From Rebecca billardiae RCC1528 (taxonomy: Eukaryota; Protista; Haptophyta), in the NCBI GenBank assembly GCA_965240325.2, contig OZ251245.1:310001-374000 (forward strand): a stretch of 64,000 nucleotides of DNA, read 5' to 3'. The notes below the pieces were generated by a model. It made no database searches and was not told the DNA's origin. It worked only from the letters and a program-made list of their open reading frames with translations. The position numbers were made by a program, and so were the translations under genes. Of this stretch, positions 21,069 to 32,409 are shown piece by piece. Within the stretch, counting starts at the first letter, position 1. Every line of letters begins with the position of its first letter.

Positions 21069-22031
21069 CCGCGCCCGCGCTCCGAAGGCTGAGGGCTGGC
21101 TGGCTGAGCGCGGACGACGGCGGTTGCGAATGAAGGCGGATTGAGTCGGGCGAGCCCTGGCCGTTGCCGCCGTGCGACGCCGACCCGCGACCGGCCCGGT
21201 GCGAGTCCCGCGGTTCTAATTTATATTAATTAAAAGTATATCTATATCATATACTGCTAGTATTATAACTACTGCTAATCATTTAAATCAACATCAGCAT
21301 CATCACTAATAACAGTAACGACACCGTCGATCATCATCCGAACTTCTCTATACTCTGTCTCTAGTCTAACACTCGCCGCGGGCCCGTGGCGCGGCCACTA
21401 CAATCCGGGCGCGGGCCGCGGCGCGGGCCGCCGGGCCCCGGCCCGGGGCCGCGGCCGCGCCGCCGGCGGCCGCGCCCGCGGGCGCGGCGTGGCCGTGCCC
21501 GTGGCCGCGTATATGGGCCGCGTGGGGCTAGAGCGTGGGGCGTCCACGGCCACGGGCCGCGTGGCGCGTCGCGGTCGGCGGGCCGTTCTGCGCGGACCGT
21601 GATCGACTGCTACAGAGCTGCCGGCCGGCTGCGCGGCGTGATCCGCGTCCGCCCGCGGACGGCGTCACCGGGACGCGCAGCGCGCTTATCGACTGCCGCG
21701 CCCGACGCGCTGGCCGCGAGGGTCAGCGATGATAAGGATTTTGCGCGGCGTTTTGGCGCGCTAGCCCCTCAGACTCACTAGACTCAGGGCCACCACTCCT
21801 GTCACTGTCACTTGTCACTTCGTCAGTCCATGCCCTTGAATCTTACTAGTTACTGGCAATACTGCCGCCATCGTGCGGGATTGCCCGATTTCGTCAGCGA
21901 ACATGACTTGATCGCCGAGCGATCCCACCGTCCTTGCTTTGGAGTGCTGCTACTGGCCAGCCGCCAACTGCGGAGCGGGCGACGGAGCTGCCGGCCCTCG
22001 CACGCCGAGGCCGCTCGGACGGCCGCTGGCC

Positions 22032-23504
22032 ATGACGCCGTCGTCAGTGGTCACCTCCGCCGCGGTGGTCATGCTCTCCACCGCCATGTTCGGCTGGACC
22101 AATGGCAACATGAACACGCCCGCGCCCGCCATGCGGATTGCGTTTGGCATCCCGCCGGACGAGGCGGCACCATGGCGCGAGGTGATCTGGGGCTGGTGCG
22201 TGTCGGTGTACTGCCTGGGCGCGCTGTTCGGCTGCTTCTTCAGCCCCCGCCTCGCCGACCGGCTCGGCCGAAAGCGCTTCATCCTGCTCAACACGGTCAT
22301 CTTCATCGTCGGCGCGCTCGTCCAGGGCCTGGCCTTTGTCGGCGGCACCGCCGGCATCGTGCTCACGATGGTGGGCCGGCTGATCGTCGGCTGCGCGTCG
22401 GGCGGGACGACGGTGGTCGTGCCCGCGTACATGGGCGAGATCGCGCCGGACAACATCCGCGGCGCCCTCGGCGTCGCCTTCCAGCTCGTCGTCACCATCT
22501 CGATGCTGCTCGCGCAGCTGGCCGGCATGCCGCATAACCTGGGCACCGAGTCCGGGTGGCCGCTGGTGATGGCGCTGGCGGGCGCGCCCGGGCTGGTGCA
22601 GCTCGTGCTGCTCTCGTCGATCGTCGAGTCCCCGCGCTGGCTCGTCTACGTCGGGCGCACGCACGAGGCCGAGCTCGCGAGCGCGCGGCTGAGTGGCACC
22701 GCGCCGCGGGCTCACTACGCAGAGCTCTCCGATGCGGCGGCTGCTGCCGCGGCGGCGAGGGGTTCGGCGGAGGTCAAGAGCGACGGCGCGTCCGGGCAGC
22801 CCGCCGAGGCGCAGGGCGGCGGGCTCCGCGCCCTGCTCGCCGACGCGCGCGTGCGCCCGACGCTGATCCTCGCCACCATCACGCTGATGACGCAGCAGCT
22901 CTCCGGCATCAATAACGCGTTCAATTATTCGACAATCTTTCTCGCGGAGAATGGTGTCAGCCCTGAGGCGATCGACCGCGTGACGGTGTGGATGAACGTG
23001 GTGAACGTGCTGATGACCCTCGCCGCGACGCAGCTCGTCGACCGCTCCGGCCGGCGCGTGCTGCTGCTCAGCTCCACCTTCGGGATGGCCCTCTGCACGA
23101 TCGTCATCACACTGGGCATGCGCAACATTGCCGACGAGTGGGGTGTCACCCTCGCCTCCATCGGAATCGTCACGTTCGTCGCGTCCTTCGGGATCGGCAC
23201 GGGCCCGATCCCGTGGCTCCTCCCCGCCGAGCTCTTCTCGCAGGAGCACCGCGCGAGCGCGCAGGGCATCTCCGCGCTCGCCAACTGGGCGACCAACGGC
23301 GTGGTGGCGACCGCCTTCCTCCCGCTCGCGGACGTTCTCGGAAGCTTCTCGTTCCTTCCGTTTGGGGCGATCCTCGCGCTCTTCACGGGGTACGCATATG
23401 TGGCACTGCCGGAGACGAAGGGCGCCCAGCTCGGCGCGGCGGAGGAGGGCGCGCACGCCGACGACGAGAACGGCGGCGTCGAGTTCGTCGACGCGCACAC
23501 GTGA
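22032..23504 (+). CDS. MFS sugar porter (GLUT/SLC2-like hexose transporter)
   Basis: About 12 TM segments; DRLGRK, EIAP..IRG, ESPRWL, QQLSGINN, DRSGRR, GPIPW, PETKG. Confidence 0.95.
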   Translation: MTPSSVVTSAAVVMLSTAMFGWTNGNMNTPAPAMRIAFGIPPDEAAPWREVIWGWCVSVYCLGALFGCFFSPRLADRLGRKRFILLNTVIFIVGALVQGLAFVGGTAGIVLTMVGRLIVGCASGGTTVVVPAYMGEIAPDNIRGALGVAFQLVVTISMLLAQLAGMPHNLGTESGWPLVMALAGAPGLVQLVLLSSIVESPRWLVYVGRTHEAELASARLSGTAPRAHYAELSDAAAAAAAARGSAEVKSDGASGQPAEAQGGGLRALLADARVRPTLILATITLMTQQLSGINNAFNYSTIFLAENGVSPEAIDRVTVWMNVVNVLMTLAATQLVDRSGRRVLLLSSTFGMALCTIVITLGMRNIADEWGVTLASIGIVTFVASFGIGTGPIPWLLPAELFSQEHRASAQGISALANWATNGVVATAFLPLADVLGSFSFLPFGAILALFTGYAYVALPETKGAQLGAAEEGAHADDENGGVEFVDAHT

Positions 23505-24134
23505 CGCGCCGCAGCCCGGCGCGGCGTCGCGCCCGGCCCGCGCGCGGCGGCTGCGGTCGTCGCTCTCTCGGCTCCAGCGCGCGGCGGCTGGACAGCTCCA
23601 GCTCGAGGCGCGCCGCCGCCGCCGCCGTCGGGAACGCGGCGCCGCTCTTCCGCCCGCCGCGGCGCGAGGCCACCATGCCGCGACCAGCGCCTGTCGCTCG
23701 CTGCTGCTCGGCCGATGCTTGTTGGGCGGCGGCATCGACAACGCGCCTTCGATCCTCACGGATGCGGGGCGGGGACTGTGCCCGCGCGCCGCCGCCGCGC
23801 CGCCGCCCGTGATTCGCCGTGATGCAGGCGGCCAGTGCGCAGTCGCACAGGCCGCATTGCCATTGGCCGACTCCGGCGCACGCTGCAACCTGGCGGGCCT
23901 GCGTTGCCAGCGTCTGTGCTGTCGTCGACGGCAGCGAAAGCGGCGTTTCTGATGATACTCGCGACTGCGGTCGACGCGACGGTCAGATCCGTCCGTCTCG
24001 CGAGGCGCGGCGACAACTGTCGACTGTCGAGTAGTGTCGACTGTCGAGCGGAAATGCTCCCGCGAATAAAGAATTGCTGAAAAAATCCTCGCGCGTTCAA
24101 ACGGTTTCCGGACACGGGCCTGAACGGTTCCAGG

Positions 24135-25811
24135 ATGTCAGCCGAGGTGATGGACACGGACGCGGCGTTAGCGCGCCTCAAAGCGCGCTCGCGCTCGAAC
24201 AGCCTGGCCAGCGGGCCGGCGCAGGGCGCGATGCGCGGCACACCCGCGCGCTCGCTCTCGCGCGCCTCGCTCGTATCGACGCCGAGTGCCAACGATCCCT
24301 CCACCGAGCGCGTCGCGCTCACGAACGTGCGGACGAGCCTCGTGGCTTCCCTCGAGGAGGACGTGCGCCGGCACAAGCTGGAGGCGGAGCGGCACGCGCT
24401 GCGCTCGGCGAAGATGGAGGAGCTTCTCCGCGAGGCGATGGAGAAGCTCGCGGCGCGCGAGCCCGCCGCAGCCCCCGCGGACGACGGCGCGGCCGAAGCG
24501 ACCGCGCAGCTGGAGGCTGAGATCGCCGCCCTCCGGGCCTCCAAGGACGAGCAGCAGGCCCGCGCGTCGGGGCTGGCGCGCGAGCTGGAGCGCGCGCGCA
24601 CGGAGCGGTCGCAGCTCACGGAGCAGCTCCGCGTGGCGCAGCACGCCGCGAGCACCGCCGAGCACGCGGTGGACGCGGCGCGCGAGGAGATGATGGCGGA
24701 GCTGACCGCTGCGCGCGCGCAGGCGGCCGCGGCGGCCGAGACGCGCGCGCGCACGCAGCACGAGGTGGAGGCGATCCTCGCGGAGCGCGTGGAGCTGGAG
24801 CGCGCGGCGCGGGCCGCGCGTGACGAGGCCGCCTCCGCGCGCGCAGACGCCGAGCAGGCGCGCGCCGACGCGAGCCGCGCGCACGAGGCGCTTCAGAGCA
24901 GCCAGGCGCAAGCGACCGAACTGGAAAAGGCAAGCCGCGCGCTCGCGCGCGACGCGTCGGCGGGCGCGAGCGCCGAGTCGCAGCTGCAGTCGGCGCGAGC
25001 GGCGCACAAGGCCGAGCTGGGCAAGCTCAAGGAGCAGCTCGCCAAATCGAAGGCCGAGCTCGTCACCGCCGCCTCGGAGCGGCAGGCCGCGGATAAGCGC
25101 GCCGCCGCAGCAAAGGAGCGCTCCGCCAAGCTGAGCGCCGAGGTCGCTGAACTCAAGAAAGAGCGGAGCTCGCTCAACGAGTCACTCACGCGCGCGCGCA
25201 CGCAGCTCGCCGCGGCGGAGGCGGCGGCGGGCGGCGCGAGCGCCGCCGCCAAGGAGCGCCGCGCCTCGCGCCAGCCCAGCCTCTCCGAGCTGCCGCGCGC
25301 CAACTCGAGTGCCAAGCTGGACGCTACACAGGCGCGGCTCGAGGCGCGCGCGCGCGACGCGGAGCGCAAGCGCGACGATGAGCAGCGCGCGAAGGAGGCG
25401 CTGCGCACGGCGCTCAAGGCGTCCGAGTCGGAGCGGGACAAGTACCGCGAGGCGCTCGGCCTCGCCGAGGCGGAGATCAAGCGGCTCGTCCCCGAGCTCG
25501 GCGACTGGCAGCAGGGCGTGATCCCCGCGCACAAGCAGCTCCACGCGTCGCACTATGTGCGCACAGTCAATCTCCAGCGCGAGATTGCGCGGCTGCAGGC
25601 CGAGCTTGACGCGGCGCGGGGCGGCGGCGCGGAGCAGCCGGAGGGCGCGGCGGCCGCGTCGACGCTGCCCTCGCTGGGCGGCGCGCACAGCCCCGCGCAC
25701 GCGGCGCCGCCCAAGCGCAGCCCGTCGTCACATCACGTGCAGACTCGCCGCGCGGCCGATGCCGATGGCGCTGACGAGACTCAGGCTCCTCACGGACAAC
25801 ACGATTATTGA
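24135..25811 (+). CDS. Long coiled-coil protein, unknown function
   Basis: 558 aa ORF with heptad-like E/A/R/K composition and GC3-biased codons. Confidence 0.7.
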   Translation: MSAEVMDTDAALARLKARSRSNSLASGPAQGAMRGTPARSLSRASLVSTPSANDPSTERVALTNVRTSLVASLEEDVRRHKLEAERHALRSAKMEELLREAMEKLAAREPAAAPADDGAAEATAQLEAEIAALRASKDEQQARASGLARELERARTERSQLTEQLRVAQHAASTAEHAVDAAREEMMAELTAARAQAAAAAETRARTQHEVEAILAERVELERAARAARDEAASARADAEQARADASRAHEALQSSQAQATELEKASRALARDASAGASAESQLQSARAAHKAELGKLKEQLAKSKAELVTAASERQAADKRAAAAKERSAKLSAEVAELKKERSSLNESLTRARTQLAAAEAAAGGASAAAKERRASRQPSLSELPRANSSAKLDATQARLEARARDAERKRDDEQRAKEALRTALKASESERDKYREALGLAEAEIKRLVPELGDWQQGVIPAHKQLHASHYVRTVNLQREIARLQAELDAARGGGAEQPEGAAAASTLPSLGGAHSPAHAAPPKRSPSSHHVQTRRAADADGADETQAPHGQHDY

Positions 25812-25986
25812 CGAGCAGCAGCTCTCTAGCCGAGTGCCACGCTGATGCATGCGCGCGCGCCGGTCCGCGATTATTCGCGATGATACTTCGTCTGCATATC
25901 ATGAATAAGAATGACGACGATGATGATGGCGTCTTACAGGTATATTAATATTGTCATCCGCCTAGCTGACGAGCCTCAGGCAAAAT

Positions 25987-27658
25987 TTATTCTGAGCCGC
26001 CGCCGATGTTCAACAGCAGCGCCTGCGCCTCGTGGTCGCACACTGTCGTCCGCCGGCGGCACTCGATGGCGAGATAGACGACGAGCATGTCGATCATGAG
26101 CAGGATGAACGCGAGCGCTTTGAGCTGCCACGCCCACAGGCCGAACCGCTTGAACGAGTCGAACGCCTCGTGGATCGCGTCCACCTCCGAGTCCATCTCC
26201 TCGTTGAGCTGGCGGTACTTGCGCGAGTCACGCACCATCATCCCGCCCTCGCTCGGCCGCGCCGCTGCGGCAAAGCCACCGGACGGTGGCGCGCTGCCGT
26301 GGACTGGGAGCGCGGGCAACGGGCGCGATGGCGGGCGTGCGGTCGGCTCGACCGGCGGCGCCGACCAGTGCGCCGCGTCCAGGTGCAGCGGGAACCCCGC
26401 GCCGGGCCTGCCGCCGCCCTCCACGTCCACAGCCCGGGCCCGGTCATCTGCAGCGGACGCGCCGTCCGCTGCCGGCGCGCCTTGTCCCATCTGCTCGTGT
26501 GTGCCGCCGAGGCGCGGGCGCGCGGACGTGTCGGGCGCGCCGCGCGGGGCGTGAGCGTGGCGCGCTCGACGCGGAGCGGGGCGGGGCGCACGCGCGCCGC
26601 TGCCGCCGCGGGCGCCGCCGCACCTCGCGAGACGCCGCGAGCGACGCCTGGAGGCTCGCCCTGCGGTCGTCCTCAAAGATTGGCGGCGCAGTCTGGCCAC
26701 TCTTGTGCAGGTTTCGCCACCGTAGCTCTCGGTCGGCCTCCGGCTCGGTGCGCTCCGCGGTGATGTGCTGGCTGGGGTCCACGCGCTTGGGCGCGCGGTA
26801 CTTCCTCCCCGCCGCGGCGCCCGGCCCGGTGAGGGGCGGCATCGGTCGCTCCGCGCGCAGGCAGCACAGGCAATAGACGCAAATACAAAGCGCGCACGAG
26901 ATCGGAATCACGAGGCTCACAATCTGCAGCCATCGCCCCATGCTTAGGCCTACGCTGCCATCGGCAGCGCCGTCGTCTCCGGGAGCGGCGGCGGTGGACC
27001 CGCCAGGCGACGTCGTGTTCCGCCCCGCGCCCGGCGCCGCCGTGCGCTTGTCGTCCGCTGGCGGCGGATGCGGCGGCGGATGCGGCGGCGGGTGTCCGGG
27101 CGGCGGGTGCCCGGGCGGTGGCAATGGTGGCGGTGGCGGCGCCGGTGGGCTCGGGGGCGGCGGAGGGGGGCGAGGCGACGCGGTCGGAGGTGGATGCGGG
27201 CTGGGTGGCATCGCCGGTGGCTGATGTGGCGGCGGCGGCGAGCCTGGTGGTGGTGAGCTCGGTGGTGGTGGACGCAGCGGCGGGTGTGGCGGCGAGGGCG
27301 GCGACGGCGGCGGTGGTGGCGGATGCGGCGGGCTCGGTGGCGAGCTGGGCGGGCTCGGCGGGCTCGGCGGAGTACTGGGTGGAGCCGGTGGTGCGTGTGG
27401 CTCATGGACGGACGCCACGCTCGAGCCCGTGTACATCGGTGCGCACGGCACGCAGTCTGAGTATATTGTCACGGCGGCAATGAGGCATGCGCCAAGCACG
27501 CAGTTGGTCGCCGACCAGCAGGCGACCTCGTTCTTGTTCCGCAGGACGTTCGCCGTGGCACTCTCGAGCTCCAGCCACTGCTCCCTTCGCCGCTGGACGT
27601 ACTCGCGCCGCGGTCGTCTCAGCGACGGTGGCCCGCCGCCCTGCTCGGCGCCCGGCAT
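25987..27658 (-). CDS. Pro-rich multi-TM protein, unknown function; 2 exons (27658-26624, 26490-25987), 512 aa
   Basis: Three hydrophobic segments and a poly-Pro region; GT-AG intron 26491-26623 joins ORFs 26444..27658 and 25987..26700 in frame. Confidence 0.6.
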
Positions 27659-28010
27659 GATGCTCTCCCGAGCGCCACTCCCTGCCTGGCTGCGCCGAGA
27701 TGATATCGAGCGAGCTGCCCGGCTGCACTGCCTGTTTGCATTTGTCGGCTCGATTTTCGGCGGCGGAGTCCGGGGCCGGCGCTCATCAACCAGAAACCCG
27801 AGCCAAGCCGGAGTCCTTTGACCTTTGCGTCATGGGGGCGAGCCGCCCGGCGCGGCATCAATCGTTCGCTACGCTATTGGCTACAGGCAGATTGCACGCA
27901 AAACTGCCTGCTGGCGAAACGCGGTCCCTGTGCCTGTGGGCTTCACTGAGCCCCCTCTCGAGTCGAGTCAGACTGTGGCCAGCGTCACTTGTCCGGGGCC
28001 GGCTGAACGT

Positions 28011-28754
28011 TCACGTCGAGCGCGCGAGCGCGAGTCCCAGCAGCACTCCGGCGGCGAGCGTGGCAGCATGGGTCGCGGACGCGGGCACTGCAGCCCAGGC
28101 GGCTCGTGAGAAGGGCGGCGCGGCCAGCGCCTCGCTGCGGTAGTTGACCCGCGCCGCCGACGCCGCGGCGAGCAGCTCGGCGTTCGGCCCGCGCGCCACC
28201 TCCGCCTCGGCCCACGCGAGCGCGTCCTCGGCGCACTCGAACACAGGCAGGAGCTGCTCCGGCGACACCTTGATCACGGTCGTCGCCTGCGCGGCGCGCA
28301 TCTGCGCGATGAAGCCGTCGTAGTAGCCGTCCACGTTGATCAGGCAGACGGGGAGCGTGCTCATCCCCAGCTGACGCAGCGCGACCACCTCGAACAGCTC
28401 GTCCCAGGTGCCGGGCCCGCCAGGCAGCACGAGGATGCAGTCAGATGTCGCGCGGAGTGTTCGCTTCCGCTCCGCGAGATCATCCCCGTCGACCACCACC
28501 ATCTTGGAGCCCGATACGGCCTCGGACATGGCGAAGTCCGCTTCGTCGACCACCCAACGGCGATGGATGATCCCCTCGATCACGCCGCCTCGCGCCGCGA
28601 TCGCCGCGTTCAGCGCGCCCATCCCGCCCACCTTCCCGCCGCCATTGATGCACACGTGGCCGTGATCGGCGAGCAGAGCGCCGAGCCGCGTCGCTTGCGC
28701 CAGGAAGCTGCTCGGCGTCTTCGACGAGCTCGAGGCGAAGACGCACACGCGCAT
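28011..28754 (-). CDS. LOG: LOG family nucleotide phosphoribohydrolase (lysine decarboxylase-like fold) with a C-terminal hydrophobic tail
   Basis: RVCVFASSS, GGGKVGGMG, ERK, PGGPGTWDELFE, NVDGYYD. Confidence 0.88.
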   Translation of the reverse strand: MRVCVFASSSSKTPSSFLAQATRLGALLADHGHVCINGGGKVGGMGALNAAIAARGGVIEGIIHRRWVVDEADFAMSEAVSGSKMVVVDGDDLAERKRTLRATSDCILVLPGGPGTWDELFEVVALRQLGMSTLPVCLINVDGYYDGFIAQMRAAQATTVIKVSPEQLLPVFECAEDALAWAEAEVARGPNAELLAAASAARVNYRSEALAAPPFSRAAWAAVPASATHAATLAAGVLLGLALARST

Positions 28755-29062
28755 GCTGTGAGATCGAGCTTCGCAAGTATGGGGGTCCGGTATGTGCCCG
28801 TTGGCGTTTCTGCTTAGTCAGTTACCCGCCTCGCTACCCATCTACCCGATGGATTAATAGTCTCAACCGAAGGCGCAATTTCGACATATGGGAAAAAAGG
28901 CGCGGGAGTACTTATCGATGCGGATATATGTCCGGTACGTCGCCACGCCCGAAAGCCGCTTCGTCGTCGGCTGTTCGGCCTTCAAAAGGGAGCTGCACGA
29001 CGCAGCTTTGCGGCGTGTCATTGGCCAGCTCCTGGCCAGCTCGGCGCTCGAGTTGCGCAGGC

Positions 29063-31800
29063 ATGCGGCTTGCGCTGCTCATCGTGCTCGGCGCGGCCGC
29101 GAGCCGCGCCGAGGAGGCCTCGACCGACGGCCCGATCGAGAAGCGTGGCTCGAACGACAGGCACTTCAAACCCGGCGTCGTTGAGGTCGATGCGATCACG
29201 CACGACCGGCGCGGCGGCTGCAATCCAAACCTCGACCTTCACGCGCACTCGCTGGGGCACGAGGGCTCGGGCTTTGCGACCGCGAACACGTGGACGCCGC
29301 CGCCGCCCTTTTACGCGTGCCCGCCCCCTCCGCCCGCGCCACACATGGACAACTTCCGTGCCGGCTTCGATCCGCCATCGCCGCCGTCGCCGCCGTCGCC
29401 GCCGTCGCCGCCGCGCTCTCCGCCGGGCACGTTTGCGTGCGGCGTGCCCGACCCCGAGACTGCGGCGTACCAGCGCACGGGCGTGGCGCCCGAGTCGGAG
29501 GGGCACGAGACCGTCTGCTTCCTCTCGGCGAAGGCGCTCGAGCACGGCTACAGCTGCCCCGGCCGCGCTCGCATCGAGTGCATTCTGGACATTCCCGCGC
29601 CGGCGGGCGCCGAGTATATCCTGGGTAAGTACAACGTGCTTGCGGGCGTGAAGGACACGTGCATCAGCGAGGACCGCGCGTTCCGCTGCTGGGGCTCGAA
29701 CGAGGGCGCCAAGATCGGGCTCCCGGGCGTGCGCACCGTCACCGGCGGCCGCTACCCCAACTTCGACCTGAACGACACGCCGATCCTCGAGGTGGAGAAC
29801 GAGGTAGTCGAGCTTGGCCTCGGCGCGATCTTCACGTGCCTGCTGATGAAGGAGGGCAAGTTCACGTGCTTCGGCGGCGACATCGCCTCGGACGGCGCGT
29901 TCTTCTACAACCGCATGAAGAAGACCCGCTACGGCGCGCGCCGCAAGGTCGACAACCTCCACGACCGGATCACCTACTTTGTTGATGGAGACGTGCGCGC
30001 GGCGCCGCCGCCCTAACCCTAACCCCAACCCCAAACCTGACCCTGACCCTGTGCTCCGGCCGCGTGGCGTGCGGCGCGCGCGCGCGGCGGATCCGTCGCG
30101 CGCGGGCGTGCGTGCGCCCGAGCGGCGGCGGGTGGCGGTGGGCGCTCGGGCGCGCGCGCTCACGCCGGCCTTGATCCCCTCCCTCTCTCCGCGCGCGTGC
30201 ACTCTCTCGCGCACCCGCCGCGCGGCCGGAGCGCAGGACGTGAAGACGATCGACGTGGGCTTCGAGCACGTGTGCGCGGTGACCGCGAGCGGCAAGGTGG
30301 CGTGCGCGGGGCACAACGGCATCCCGGGGCGGCTGGGCACCGGGTACCACTCGTCCGTGTACGGCGAGCCCGAGCTGGTGCCCCTCAGCTCGAACGTGCG
30401 CGTGATGGATGTCGCGTGCGGCCGGCACCACACGTGCGTGCTCACGGACGGCGCGGCGGTCGTGTGCTGGGGCGGGAATAACTACGGCCAGCTCGGCGTG
30501 GGTGACACGATGGACCGCGACACGCCCGAGGAGCTGCAGTCGCTGAAGACGGTGCCCCTCGGCGGGCCGGCGCACCAGGTCTCTGCGGGTAAGAATTTCA
30601 ACTGCGCCATCGTCTCTCTACTCGACGAGCCGTCGACAAAGCGCGTCGTGTGCTGGGGGGCGAATACCTTCGGCCAGCTCGGGCTCGGCGACGAGCTGCA
30701 CAGGGGGAACGAGGAGGGCGAGATGGGCTCGGACAATCTGCCGTACGTGCCGTACGAGGTGTACGTGCCCACCTACGCGACGCACCCGTTCCCGCCGCTC
30801 GGCGAGCCGCGCACTATTGACCTCGGCCGCCACCACGCCTGCGTTCTCACCACGGACGACGACCTCAAGTGCGCGCACAGCCGCGCGCCGAGCGGCGGCC
30901 GGCCCTGCAGCGCGTCGGCTGCCGGCTGGAGCGGCGCGCGCTCACGCCTCGCACGCGCCCCCCGCGCGCGCGCCGAGCGCAGGTGCTGGGGCGCGAACTA
31001 CCACGGCGAGCTCGGTCTCGGCGACCGCGCGCACCGCGGGAACAGCCCGGGCGAGCTGCACGAGTACAGGGTGGTGCACGTTGGGCTGCTGCACAAGGCG
31101 TACGCGATCTCGGCGGGCGAGCAGCACACGTGCGCGCTCACGTACGAGTGGGTCGGGCGGCCGACGCCGGCGGAGGTGCCGGACGGCCCGTGCGTCAAGT
31201 GCTGGGGCGGTGCGCGCACTCGCGTCGCGCCGCGCGATCGCACGCGCTGCTGCGCCTGCGTGCCCCGCCCGCCGCCCCGCCGCGCGCGGCGCGTGAGCGT
31301 GGCGTGTGCCTGTCTAGCAGAGCGGAGCCCCCCGCCACTCCGCTGCGTTGTGGTCCGTGCCCCCGCCCACGGGAGGATGCGCGTGCGTGCACTCGCTCAT
31401 GCACGGATCCCCCGTGCCTCGGCCGCGCGCGTGCGCCCCCGCGCGCGCGCCCCTCGTCAACCGTGGTGCGGCAGACAACTCTGAGCACAACCTGGGCTAC
31501 GGCGACGACAACGACCGGCTGAACCGCTTCTACGGCGAGGACGGGTGCATCAACTCGGTGAACCGCGTGCTCGACCCGCACTCGGAGGAGAACCTCGCCA
31601 TCGCGTGGCACAACGCGCAGAAGGCGGACGGTCTGCAACAGGAGGGCGGCGCGGCGGCGCTGGCGGCCAGCCGCGCGCTGCGCCGCGGGGGCGCGGCGCT
31701 CGGTCTCGCGGCGCTGGCGGTGGCGCTCGCGCTGGCGGCGCGCAGGCGCGCGCCCGCACAGTGCGAGGCCTCGACAGCCGATCACGCCGGCATGCTGTGA
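29063..31800 (+). CDS. Secreted/surface RCC1-BLIP-II repeat beta-propeller protein; 4 exons (29063-29992, 30237-30868, 30983-31209, 31475-31800), 704 aa
   Basis: Signal peptide; repeated HTC/HVC...CWG.N..GQLG.G; three GT-AG introns restore the repeats; hydrophobic C-terminus. Confidence 0.8.
30011..30051 (+). repeat. Intronic telomere-like (CCCTAA)n, degenerate
   Basis: ccctaaccctaaccccaaccccaaacctgaccctgaccctg inside intron 29993-30236. Confidence 0.85.
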
Positions 31801-32409
31801 GCCCGGACCGTTCGCGGCACCCTCCGATCCTTCTGCGACACCCACGCCCTTGCTTGCCTTTCCGGGACTGTTCGGCCGTGAGTGCTCGGGGTCTTGGCCT
31901 TGGCCCCTTCGGGCCATGCTTCGCTGTGCCGTGTGCGGAGTGACGCCGTGTGCGGCTCCCAGTGGCGAGCGCATCGGCGGCGGCTCGGGCGACGTCGCGC
32001 CGTTTGCCAAACAAGTGCCATCATTCATCATCACCAATTCGCCGCCGCGCCTGATGATTCTGCCATGCGCCGCGCCGATCGCAGAATCGGCACGCCCGAC
32101 TCGACCGACGAACGCAGATGATGAACTCGCTCGTCCACTCGACTACAGTACGAGACACGAGTGCAGCGGCCAGACAGCATCAGCCGCTCATATACGCCAT
32201 GTCCGCGCAGCCAGCAAAGGTGTCAGCTGACGACTCGCGATGAATATAAATACGGTACGGGTAGCGCGCAGTATGAGTAATTATGCTGCGCGCTGGCAAG
32301 CTCGGACTCTGTTGACTCAGTGACGTAAGAGTCAAGAGACGACGACGAGAGAGACTCTGTCTGAGAGAGCTACTGCTGCTAGACCTAGAGAGCTAGAGAG
32401 AGAGAGAGA

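Noticed and set aside
28011-28754. LOG plus histidine kinase as a cytokinin signalling system
   Set aside because: LOG homologues are widespread nucleotide hydrolases, and the kinase has no CHASE domain
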